Positions 40,569-53,200 of a DNA stretch of 64,000 nucleotides are shown here, piece by piece. The translations under genes were made by a program, and so were the position numbers. The notes under the pieces are model-generated. The model worked only from the letters and a program-made list of their open reading frames with translations, made no database searches and was not told where the DNA came from. The stretch lies in the NCBI RefSeq assembly GCF_006345805.1, contig NC_042997.1, positions 72,292,001 through 72,356,000 of the forward strand. Direction: 5' to 3'. The number at the start of each line of letters is the position of its first letter. Positions within the stretch are counted from its first letter, which is position 1. The stretch comes from Octopus sinensis. Lineage: Eukaryota.

Positions 40569-41440
40569 AGTTAACAAGAATTGTATTGGCATTTATACAT
40601 TTAGGCAGGTTTAAAGGGGTGGTGGTGGGGGACCTTTTGGGGGTAGGCATAGCGCAAAATATCATACTTGGGGGAGTGGTCAAGGAGTCAGTGGTAAATT
40701 AGATAAAAGAATAAATAAAAAAATAAAAAAATATATATAAAAAAGAATAGAGTTTTAGGTAAATAAGGAGATTCTCACTTATATGTGTATATGTGTATGT
40801 ATGTGTGTGCGTATATTTGTATATGTATGTATGTATATGTATGTATGTGTATGTATATATATATATGGGTGTGTGTATGTGTATAAATGTATGTATGTAT
40901 GGATGTATGGATGTATGTATGTATGTATACGTATGTATGTGTATATGTATGTATGTGTATGTGTGTATATATATATATGTGTATGTATATATATGTATAT
41001 ATATGTGTATATATATGTATATATATATATATATGTATGTATTTGTATGTAGGTGTATATGTATGTGTGTGTATATATATTTATTGGTGTATATGTATAG
41101 ACTAGCCTTCTAAGAGTGTAGACATGAATCTGTAGGTACGCGTACGTATGTGTATATACGTGAATGTATGTAGATGTATGTATGTATGAATATAACGCGT
41201 GCGTGCGTGTATGTGTATGAGTGTACGAATGAGTGTATGTGCTAATGAGTGTGCGTGCGTGAATGAGTGCTTGTTTTCAAGTAGACAGATAAATGGACTT
41301 GCTGTCATAGCCAAGATGCTTGGGACCAGCGGTCAAATATAACAAAAGTAATAAATGAAGATAATAAAATTAAAATTAGGGAATGGGTCTGTATTTGTAT
41401 GTATATATATGTGTGTATGTGTAGGTATGTATAGGTACAC

Positions 41441-41480
<40 letters not shown>

Positions 41481-42047
41481 ATGTATGTGTATGTATATAT
41501 ATATATATGTGTGTATGTGTATATATGTGTATATAGGGACTAGTGTGCTGTGTGTGCATGTGTGTATGTGGAGATGTGTGTGTATGCGTGTATGTGTATG
41601 TGTGTGTATGTATATATATTTTTCTGTGTGTATATGTATGTGTGGTCGTGTGTGTATATATACATGTGTGTATACGTGTATGCATGTGAGTGAGTGTATG
41701 TATATATATATGTGTATGTGTAGATATGTATATGTGTATGTGTATATATATGTATATGTGTGTGTGTGTATGTATGTGTGTATGTATATATGTATGTATG
41801 TGTGTGTATATATGTATACATATGTGTATAGGTATAAGTGAGAATCTCCTTATTTACCTAAAACTCTATTCTTTTTTATATATATTTTTTTATTTTTTTA
41901 TTTATTCTTTTATCTAATTTACCACTGACTCCTTGACCACTCCCCCAAGTATGATATTTTGCGCTATGCCTACCCCCAAAAGGTCCCCCACCACCACCCC
42001 TTTAAACCTGCCTAAATGTATAAATGCCAATACAATTCTTGTTAACT

Positions 42048-42098
42048 AGCTTCCTGAAGATTTCTCTTGAATGAAACAGTTCTAGTCCTGTAGAAGCT
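42048..42098 (+). ncRNA. Type I hammerhead ribozyme motif (family 2)
   Basis: AGCTTC-CTGAAGA-T-TTC(TCTT)GAA-T-GAAA-CAG(TTCTAGTC)CTG-TA-GAAGCT: 6-bp stem I, 4-bp stem III, predicted GUA cleavage after 42092; the 10.1/11.1 position is U-U rather than G-C. Confidence 0.7.
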
Positions 42099-42117
42099 CC
42101 TTCTATATAATAAATAA

Positions 42118-42164
<47 letters not shown>

Positions 42165-42218
42165 GAGAGAGAGAGAGAGAGAGACAGAGAAAAGAGAGAG
42201 AGATACATACATACATAC

Positions 42219-42263
<45 letters not shown>

Positions 42264-42276
42264 TATCCATGCATGT

Positions 42277-42601
42277 GAAGGCACATGGCTCAGTGGTTAG
42301 AGCGCTGATTATGATGTTGTGAGTTCAAATCCTGGGACGGGCTGCGTGTTGTGTTCTTGAGCAAGACACTTTATTTCACATTGCTCCAGTTCACTTGGCT
42401 GTAGAAATGAGTTGTGATGTCACAGGTGCCAAGCTGTATCAGCCTTTGCCTTTCCTTGGATAACACTGGTGGCTTGGAGAGGGGAGGCTGGTACGCATGG
42501 GCAACTGCTGGTCTTCCATAAACAACCTTGTCCAGTCTCCTACCAGGGAGAGTAACTTTCTAGGGGCAATCCCATGGTCAGTCATGACCGAAGGGAGTCT
42601 C
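42277..42601 (+). mobile_element. tRNA-derived SINE, family B
   Basis: A box TGGCTCAGTGG, B box GAGTTCAAATCC; homologous copies at 50032-50288 and about 53910-54060. Confidence 0.85.
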
Positions 42602-42833
42602 AGCAGTATCCATACATATATAAATACTTATTTCCATAAATATTTATATAAATACACATCCATACATTCATATATATATATATATATAAATAAGTAGGTG
42701 AATGAATTATCCTAGTATGGATAATTCGGTTAATCGATACCTGGGTAGCAAATTCACGTCAGAAAACACGGCTGAAGCTACATGCCAAGGGCAGAAACCC
42801 CGTGTTCTTGTGTGGAAATTTGTGTTTTTTTTT

Positions 42834-43165
42834 ATATGAATAAATGAAAGAATGGAGTCGAATGAAGATTTTAACAAAATTCCTTTACTCTCAACACATG
42901 TTTCGAAGACTGCATACTCTTAATTCCGAAGGAATAAAGGCTGCATTATGCCGTCTTCTCATCAGGAAAGACAAGGAACCTCTATCAGCCTCAAGACAAA
43001 CAAAAACTTTTTGATGACTGCCTACATGGTGTCCACAGTGATAATGAGAAGATGGCATAATGCACCCTTTATTCCTTCGGAATTAAGAGTATGCAGTCTT
43101 CGAAACATGTGTTGAGAGTAAGGGAATTTTGTTAAAATCTTCGTTCAACTCCATTCTTTCATTTA

Positions 43166-43172
<7 letters not shown>
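42834..43172. repeat. Fold-back element 3: 129-bp inverted arms (42834-42962 / 43044-43172), 81-nt spacer
   Basis: About 6 differences between arms; right end runs into (TA)n. Confidence 0.95.
42888..42970 (-). ncRNA. Type I hammerhead ribozyme motif (family 3)
   Basis: Minus strand CTTTC-CTGATGA-GAAGAC...GTCTTC (54-nt stem II with GCATA/TATGC and a C(TTCG)G loop)-GAAA-C(ATGT)G-TT-GAGAG; predicted GUU cleavage between 42893 and 42892; the right-arm copy lacks the CTG of the core. Confidence 0.65.
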
Positions 43173-43205
<33 letters not shown>

Positions 43206-43502
43206 CATAAGTGTATATATATATATATATTTATCTCCATAAGTGTATATATATATATATATATATATCTCCATAAGTGTATATATAATATATATATATA
43301 TATCTCCATAAGTGTATATATATATATATATATATCTCCATATATATATATATATATAATATATATATATATCTCCATAAGTGTATATATATATATATTT
43401 ATCTCCATAAGTGTATATATATATATATATATATCTCCATAAGTGTATATATATATATATATATATCTCCATAAGTGTATATATATATATATATATATCT
43501 CC

Positions 43503-43560
<58 letters not shown>
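43172..43560. repeat. Compound minisatellite: CTCCATAAGTG + variable (TA)n, ending in (CA)n
   Basis: About 8 full and 2 partial units. Confidence 0.9.
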
Positions 43561-43566
<6 letters not shown>

Positions 43567-43629
43567 CCATATATCTGTGTATATATATTGATATACACAT
43601 ATATCGATATATGTATATATATACTCATG

Positions 43630-45365
43630 GTTGACTGCTAACTCCAAAAGTTTTTTTAATCACTCGCTGTTTATTTCCTTGTGTTCCTTTCTGTTGAAGA
43701 GTGTAGACTCAAAACGTAAAAGACTTTCTCACCTTCCCGAGTGTCGAACTAATAAACCTGCTTGTTGTTTATACACCTGTCTTCATCTTGTTTTTCTGTA
43801 AATTTAAACTACATATATACAACGCACTATTCTTAGTTAGAAATACCTCCAACAGGAAACTTGAGCTATACAAAAAAAGATTACACAATTTCTTCAAAAA
43901 CCAAGAACTAGCCATCACCGTAGAAAAAGATAACTCGGTGAACTTCCTAGACATTAACTTTAACCTTAATACATCATCTTATCAACCTTATAATAGACCT
44001 AAAAGAAATATCACATACATACATGCATGCACAAAGTAACCATCCTTATAATATTATAAAAAATCTAACCACTAACATAGAAGAGGAAATTTTTAACAAG
44101 TATAAAGACTACTATAATCTAGCACTTAAGACAGCAGGATACAAATATTGAATTACGTACAACAAAAACAATAGCACCTATTCCAATAATTATCTAGATA
44201 AGAACAATACTGACCATATTACTGAACCTAAATTAACTGGTGAATTAGAAAACCTCAACACACAAATTCTCTCAATAATAATCATCATCATTAGCAACAG
44301 ACAAATCCTACAACAACAATAAACAATAATAAACACTATAAATATGAGCAACAAAACCATAACCTCCCTAAAAGAACTAACAACACTAATTTTACCAACC
44401 CACAAATCACCAAATACACTGTTAATAATGTAATTAAACCCAAATATACAGACAATAAATACTGAAAACAAATAACTATAGACAGAAATAAGAACATGAA
44501 ACCTACACACTTAAAAAATCAAACTTATCCCACTACATCTCATCCTTCTAATAATTTACATAACCACACAAATCATATTAATAAAGATAGGAATATAGAA
44601 AAAAAGAAACCTATACCATATGTAAGAATAGATGACCCACAAAATATAAACCACTACTACAATAAAGAAAACAACAACATCATTTGGAACATAATTCTTT
44701 TTGCAAAACATCTAAAATCTAATTTTATTAAATCCATTAGAAATATTATTTAATAACAAAATGATCAGATTTGAATTTTCAGTTTCTCCAAACCTATTTA
44801 GGATCATCTCTTCATTTAACAATAAGAAACTAGACCAATTCTATTATAAAAACAACTCCTTCTAATATACCTACTAACCTCAATAATTCCATATCTAATA
44901 ACAATTATCAGAATAACCAAAACTCAACTGCCCCTAATACACATAGACATAGCAATAGAGTACCAACTAATAATTCTAATTGTAATTGTAGAAACCCAAA
45001 TACTTGTGAGGTAGATGGTAACTGTAAAATGAACAATGTAGTATACCAAGCAACAATTATTACCCATAATCTCTCTAAATTTACTAACATCAGATGTACA
45101 CAAAATTCTTTCAAATTAAGATTAAATAATCATAAATCATCTTTTAATGACTTAGATAAGAAAATAGCACAGGTCTATCCAAAAAGGTTTGGCAACTTAA
45201 AAGAAGCAATAGAGATTTCTCAATTTCTTGGAAAATACTTTCTTCTGTTCCATCTTATAGACATTATAACAAGATCTGCAAATTATGCCTAGAGGAAAGT
45301 TACAAAATAATGAAAATGAACGGTTTTCTTGTTAAAGAGATGAAAGAGTTTTTTCTTGCAGACAT
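43630..45365 (+). mobile_element. Degenerate Penelope-like element (RT C-terminus plus GIY-YIG endonuclease)
   Basis: ITVEKDNSVNFLDINFNL...YQPYNRP...ITYIH (PLE RT thumb); CNCRNPNTCEVDGNCKMNNVVYQATI...SFKLRLNNHKSSF...SWKIL...CKLCLEE (PLE linker and GIY-YIG); Asn-rich spacer; multiple stops. Confidence 0.85.
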
Positions 45366-48300
45366 GTCAAAATTCCTTTTTATTAATCTTAAATAATCTT
45401 TCCACCCCACTACCTTAACTACTTTATCTTATTCCTTATAGTTTAGTTTTTTGTATAATACCCCTCTCTACATTATTTCTACCTATGGTTTCAGATTTCT
45501 TCTCTACAATACTCTCTACTTTAATTATTTTACACTACCTGGATATTCGTACGTTATTCAACCATCCCCCTTCTATATTGTATTACCTTCATTTCATTAA
45601 TATAACACTTATACCAAATATTCAAATACCTTCCACTTTTTCTCAATATATATTTTTAGACAATTTTTGGACCTCTACTTAATATACACATATATATACA
45701 TTATTTGTATGTAATGTATTTCTTTTACAATATGTACTTATACACCTATCTCGCACCTATTATTATTATCATCATAATTTCCTATTGCCAGTCTGTATGA
45801 TACTTTTTACTTTTGATATATGCAAACACCTTTTAATATTATTTCGGTGACTATTTTGCCCTTATATATCCTTTTTCATTATCTTTTTACCCTCTTTTCT
45901 TCCTTCTTATTCATAACCTATTCTATTTGTATAATATGTATTTTTTTTTTAAAAAACTACCTCCCTTAACTATCCCAATTTCTTATTTTTTAATTTTAAA
46001 AAATTATTTATGGTTTCTTGCAAATCTACCTAATATTAATCAAAATCTTACAGATGATATATATTTATACTTATAGTAATTCTTGGTGCACAACAATCAC
46101 TTCCACAAAATGTACACACTCCCATAAATGTAGTTTTTTTTTAATCATTTTGGGTTATACATACAAATAGATTTATAGTTTTTCACTTTTTCTCATTATT
46201 ATTAATAATATTATTTTTATTTATTATTATTATTATTATTATTGCTTCTAAAGTTTTTCCAACTTTATATTAACATTGATTAATATAATTAGTATATTAT
46301 ACATTATATTCTATATTTTACTAAAACATATAAAGTTTATACATATACATGTCATATATAATACAGATTATTATACACAGGTATAATATAGATGTATATA
46401 TGCATGTATATCTGCATATGTACAAATGAAAATATATATACACACACACATATATGCACATATCTTTTTATCTTATTTCGTAGATTTGTTCCTTTTAAAT
46501 GCATCAGTATACAATATATATATATATATATATATATCTACATATTTTGAAATAAAATTCTCTTATATAGATTTGATAAATATGAATTACTTCTCATATC
46601 ATTAATATACTTATTTTTTCTCACCTACCACTCCTTAATAATAAAAATACTTTTTCTTACATTCACTTTCACCACTATGTTAAATAAGTTAGAAAATTAC
46701 TTATAAAAATATCACTATGGATTTTTACCTCTTTTATGCATAACTAGATTCTCAATTTATATTGTAATTTTTTTTAATATCTAACATAGTTAACATTAAA
46801 TCTTTGAGAGATTTAGAAATGCAATATTTCTAATAGCTAACATTAAAATATAGAAACGTGAAATTTTTTGAAAAATCTTTCTTACGAATTTATCTTAGCC
46901 TTATCTCCCCTACACTGTTACTTTATTCAACTTCTCAAAAACACTTATTTATTACCATATGTGCTTTTTCTATAATCTTAACCACAGCAAGTATTTTCTT
47001 TCTCAATTCTGTAATATTAATAACTATTCTTCTTTTTTAGTCCTTCCTCTTAGACTTATTTCACACAAATGAATATAATGCATTTTAACTAATAATAAAT
47101 CATTTTTCCCATTATATTAACCTAATAATTACTCCCTCACAACCCTAAATCATTTTTTTCATTTGAAATTCAAGTAACTTATATAAAATTATATTAACTA
47201 TTCATATTTCTTAATTTTTTAAAACAATTTCTTTTAATATACACCATACTTTATTTTCGTTATTTTAATTATATACCACTCATAACTGTCAAAATCAAAT
47301 ATAAATTTAAATATAGCTATGCTGTCCCATTGGACGCTTATTCGTTTATATATATATATATATATATATTAGTTCATAAACATTTTTTCACCATTAGCCG
47401 CCTCAGTTATAGTTCATACACAACTAGACTCAACACTATCTTAGCATGTTTTTATCTTTCATAAGCATATTATGCATATCCAAATATGTTATGTGACACT
47501 CACTTCATCTAGTCTTCTGTAACAATATAATATTTTTTTGATGAAGTCTTTTTTTGTACTGAGGAGAACAGTAATATGTAAATAATTTAATTATAATTAT
47601 AATAAAATTAATTTCTAATTTTTTTACCATGTTATTTACATCTTAATATTACCGTTCAAAACGATCGTATGCATGGATTAAAATTTTTTAGAACTTTTAA
47701 CACCTTCTCTTCTCCACCTTTAATTGTTTGTTGAGTTTCTAGACTACGTGTTCTATAAATGCTCATAACACACCTTATTTACATATGTCTGTGTGTGTAT
47801 ATATATATATACACATACACGTGTGCCTATGTTTGCATGCATGTGTGTGTGTATGTGCCTATGTTTGCATGCACGTGTATCTGTATGTTTGTATGTATAT
47901 AAATATGTTGTTGATACCTAGTCATTTCCTCAGTTCTTCACAGAAATATTTCACACACATTAAACTATACTACATATCCTCTGCATATATTACCCACTGC
48001 ATAATCCATCACAATTTAAAGACACCCCAAATATTTTCTCCTACACTTAAGAGAAATTCTTATGTCCCAACAGAAATCTTGAACCTACTATAACTTTTAA
48101 ACCATGTTATGGCAGATTTTCCCTCATACATGTAGCATGTACTTCAGCTAATAATTTCTGAAAGCTACAAGAACAGTCTACGGCCTACTTTTCACAACTC
48201 CTACAGCTCACTATTTCCAGTGCACATGATACTCCTATTATTTATATATCCCATATGATCTAGACTCCCAAATACAAGTTTTTTAAACCTTATTTTTGTA

Positions 48301-50031
48301 CTGAGAAAAATACTGAGCTTCTGCAGACACCTCAGTATATTGAACAAACCTACTTACTTGATTCCACTGAGCTTTTCTATATCAAATAATACTTTAGTCT
48401 TAGCCACAACTTCTCTCAACCCTTTTTAATCCTTTAGCATTCAAATTTCTGTCAAATGTAAGGGCTATTTAGTCACATTGTTTTGAACTAATCATCATCT
48501 CATAGCTTCTTTGAGATGTTGATAATGTGACTATATTTTTAGAAGGACAATGTAGAGTAGGCTTGAGAGGCTGGATCTGGCTGATTTGAACATAAAAGAA
48601 GTAGGGCATTTTGGGCTGGACATGGCCAGTTTAAATGCTAAAGGGTTAACTCAGGTTTATTGTTTCTAATTTTTAACATCTGTAGTTTAAAATCTGCAAG
48701 TCAATAGTAATAATATTCTCAAAAGTTTCAAGTCTTGAACATTATGCAATATCTCAATAGACAAGAAAAGAAAGTTGCCTCATCAAGATATTCAATACAT
48801 TGAATTCCATGCTGGACTCACAAGTGATTACAACAACTTTTAACACTCAACAGCTTTCTAATTACTTATGATATTTATTAAACTGTACATGACCCGTGTT
48901 GAACATCTCTAAGTCAACAAATGCATTGTTATTGCTGACAATATATTTCTCGTGGATCCAAGAACAAACGTAACTCACAGAATAATATCCAACTTGAATA
49001 TATCCTACATTTATTCCACATTGTTGAGTGTAAATATACAGACAATACAATGAATACAGTCAAATGAGACTCCTGCTCAGTATACATGAACTTTTGGTCT
49101 GTTCAGTAAAAACATATTTAAAAACTACTATTTGAATAATTATTGGATGCTGTGTGCATGCAAACACTTCTTTAAAATGCTTCAATGCAACATGCAAATA
49201 AGAAAATAAAAACTACAAAATACATTAACTAAGAATAACACAAACAAGATGCATTGATCATTCTTAACAAAAGATTTTTAAAAATGTGAAATATAGAACT
49301 TCAGCAGTTCAAATAGAATTTAAAATTCAAATCTCTCAGAAACTTTAAAACCCAAATGTAAAAAAAATAAAAAGAAATGTACCAGCCAAGAAAACATAAG
49401 TAGGCATGTAACCAAGTCAAATATTCAATACCAAGACTGTATTATTATGTCAGTGTGGTTATGTAATAAATACACCAACATAGTATTTTAATAAATATAC
49501 TAAAAAGGAAAAAAAAAACTATGAAAACAGCTAAACTCAAATAAAAAAAATTTTAAAAAGCTACAAAATTTACTTAATATTTTTGCCATTAATCCTATTG
49601 GTTTCTCCTCACATAAATTTGGTAAACACAAATATATATCAATTGTAGCTGAAACTTCTTTCCAGAATAACTTTTTTATCCTATCAACCGCTCTGAATTT
49701 TTAATCAAGTTATTGAGTTATTTTATAAAATAAATTAAATATCTAAAAATTAGATCAAATAGCATCAAATCCTGGGTTTGGAATCTCAAAGGATTTTAAT
49801 TTGATCCTTAGCGTAAAAGTTTTATACTAAATTGGAAATTTTGAAGTATATTTTGTATAAGTGATTTTTTTTGTTAAGGAAAATAACAAGCTTACAAATT
49901 TTTTCTACATTTTAGAGTATTATCCCAAACAGTTATTTTTAAATGACCAGCAATTGAAAGATCTCAAATTACAATACATTTTGAAACAGTAGAGTCTTCT
50001 TTTATTTTATTGGAATGGTTATTATGCCAGT

Positions 50032-50288
50032 GAAGGTGCATGGCTCAGTGGTTAGAGCATTCAATTCCCAGACCAGGCTGTGTCATGTTCTTGAGCAAAC
50101 ACTCTATTTCGTGCTGTTCCAGTTCACTCAGCTACAGCTGAGTGAAACAAGTTGCATCACTGGTGCCAAATAGTATAGAGAAGAGGCTGGTATGCTTGGT
50201 TGACCACTGGTCTTTTATGAACAACCTTGCCCAGACTTGTGTCTCGGAAGGGAACTTTCTAGATGCAATCCCATGGTCATTCATGGTT
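50032..50288 (+). mobile_element. tRNA-derived SINE, family B
   Basis: Homology to 42277-42601. Confidence 0.8.
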
Positions 50289-53200
50289 GGTAACTACAAC
50301 ACACACAGATTCTATTTCACTTCTTTTATTATCATTAGTCAGTTAACAATTTAACCATTAAACTAATTGCTTGTTTGATTAATTGTTGTTATTCAATCAA
50401 TCAAGTAAGTATGTCAAAGTTTTTTCTTTGCCATTTGCAACTTCATCAGTGACATGCTCTCTCTACTCCAGGTCTGCATCAGGCCTGTCCACTTTTTACT
50501 TACTCATTTGCCAACTATTCCAAGAAAATTTAAGAATTGAGATATATAATAACATTAACACTAATAATACCTAAATTTTAAAATCTTTGTTAATTTCTTG
50601 TATACAAGAAACTATAACAGTCATTATAATAATGAAGCAAATATAAAACTATATATATATATATGGTAGACATTCTGATGCATATTAAATGCACTATTAG
50701 GCTAAAATTATTAAAAACCAAAAGATACTTCTTTCTACAGTTGCAAATCCAATGGTTTGACATTGTGGAGTGCTAATCCAAGGGTCCTTGAATTTAGTAC
50801 CCATTGGTGAACTTAATATAATTATATCAATGGGTTATCAAATGCATTTACCTTTAATAAAACCCCTTTAGCTTTGGTGAAGTGGTTATCAGAAAATCAA
50901 ACTTACAAATAACTTTGCATTCAAATTACATAGGAAAATGCACAAAGCTGTTTAATATCTCAGTGTGATATCAAGGGAGGATTGTGTTCATTTAGCAACA
51001 GAGCATGATGAAGAGAGTAAACAGAATAAAATAATTAACCCTATGGCAGCGCAATGATTTCAGCTGAGTTTGAACTAATGACTTATGTGTTACAGTTTCA
51101 TTCATCTCTCAGTCATTATTATTGTAGTTGTATTCATTTTTCCATGGTACCATGACTTTCAGTAAATTTGTATAGCAGAATTTTTCCATCCTGTGTCATT
51201 TTATCAATGACACAATGTTCCAAGTTTTGATTGAAGTACTACATAATAAAACTCAATTGATGATCCTCAAAAAAGTGCTTATGCAGTTGTTCAACATGCA
51301 AGAAATAACAACTAAATCCTGCTTACAATCTTTAGTCCTGGACACTGTCTACAAATAAGATGGATTAGTTATGACCAGGATTGACAGATTACAGGTCCTC
51401 CAGAACAATGCTGATCTAGAGTCAAACAACAATAGCAACAAAACTTGCTCCACTTGCTTCTGTCCCAGAGTATCTTGCAAAACTAACAGCACAGTAGGCA
51501 GCTTCTATGATGCTGAAGCCAGCAGCTTTCAAATAATGCACTTAAAGTTTTGCTTCCATATTGGTTTATATATGGCCCAACAATTATTTTAGAGCAGAGA
51601 GAGAAAGTATTTAGTTACATAATTATAATCTTCTGCTGAATATAAGGGAAGAAATACAAAGCAGAAAGTGAAGAAGCCCTTTTTTATAAGTACACCTCAA
51701 AACAAGAACACAATTATATATCTTATCCATAATTGTTCAGTCTTCATTTTTCAATACTGTAAGCATTTTATTTTTTAATGATGTAAATAAATAAAATGTC
51801 TTTTGCATGTATATACAATTCATCTGAGATGCCTTTCATTCTATGATACAAAACCATCTGTTTTAAAAGGGTTTATACTCAAATTTAAGTTTTCCATCAT
51901 CAGTGTAAGAAAACAGAATATGATAATGGAAAAATCATTGATTTTATTCAACTCTCAAAATTATCGAGTATTTTAAAAGTTAATTGAAATACACATGGTA
52001 TATTTCATTAGATTAGAAATATGGCCATGAAACAGTTAAATGACAAACAAACCATATCGCACGCATGTGTGTGTGTGTGTGGAGAGAGAGAGATTTGTTT
52101 TAGGATCATTACTCTGAATGAAAAACTGGCAACGTATGACCTATGAGAATATTGTATGCACTTCCAAAAGACCAACTGATTGTTTCTTTTATTATCATTG
52201 GTATTTTTTGTTTGTTTTTCAGAAATGAGTTGAATGTTTCTCACAACTCAATGCAGTTCTTCACATAGGAAACAAAAGCAAGAGAGAAAAACTGGCCAAC
52301 TCTGTTGTGTATATTATGTTACTTTTGACATGGTTTTTAGGATTGCATGCTCTAATGTCACCAACCACTTTATCATGTGAAATTCATGCATTTATATATT
52401 ATTACATTCATCTACTTTTGTTTACATGTGCTCATTCATTGTTGGAATGTTACTCTACATGTCTTAAATTTGATTATAAAATAGTTGGCATTAGGAAGTA
52501 GATAAATCTACAAATGCTGCCCTCCAATAATTCATGCAAATATCCAGATTTGAAGAAGAAAGATTGAAAGGATTTTTTTTTTTTGATTTCATTCATTGGA
52601 CTGTGGCCACCATCAAGAGTACAGCTGATTTAATCAAGCCCAGCACTTGTAGACTGGTACTTATTTTATTGATCCTCAAAAGACAAAGCTGAATTTGAAC
52701 TCAGGATGAAGGCAACATAACTGCACAAAGTATTTTGTCTGCTCTGTCACTCTACGAATTCTAAGAAACTACTCCTCATTATCTATAACAGTGTTGACCA
52801 AATTCAAAGTAAGAAACAATATATCTTTTCAATTATGTTGACTTATAAAAAGTATTTTGCAACTATGTTTATCAATGCACCACATTTGCACACAAAAAAT
52901 GAGAATATCCAGTATGCATGCATCCATCCATACATACATACATACATACATAGTATATCATATCAATTGGGGTTATTTAATATTTTAAATCACAGAAAAT
53001 AATTCAGAAGGCAAACAAGATAATATAAAAAAGAGTTAGTTTCTCTAAATATATAGATCATTTATTTGTGTTACATGTCCATACCAACATAGTTGTCATG
53101 TGTATGATTTGCAGTGTTTTCTCAGCCAGTGTAGAAATTTGATGAGTCATACAAATGAAATGTTATAGCGTTGTGTAAAGAAATAATAAAAAGGAGAACT

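Larger units (their letters stand above)
40501..42115. repeat. Fold-back element 2: 283-bp apparently identical inverted arms (40501-40783 / 41833-42115) around about 1.05 kb of TG/TA-rich spacer
   Basis: No mismatch found between arms by eye; spacer is TG-biased on the plus strand throughout, with a non-microsatellite stretch at about 41100-41390. Confidence 0.95.

Noticed and set aside
43172-43560. CRISPR-like repeat/spacer appearance
   Set aside because: The spacers are only TA runs, the context is eukaryotic, and there are no cas genes
45400-47700. Very AT-rich, strand-skewed tract suggestive of a mitochondrial insertion
   Set aside because: No recognisable mitochondrial protein, rRNA or tRNA motif; more likely decayed PLE flank or low-complexity DNA
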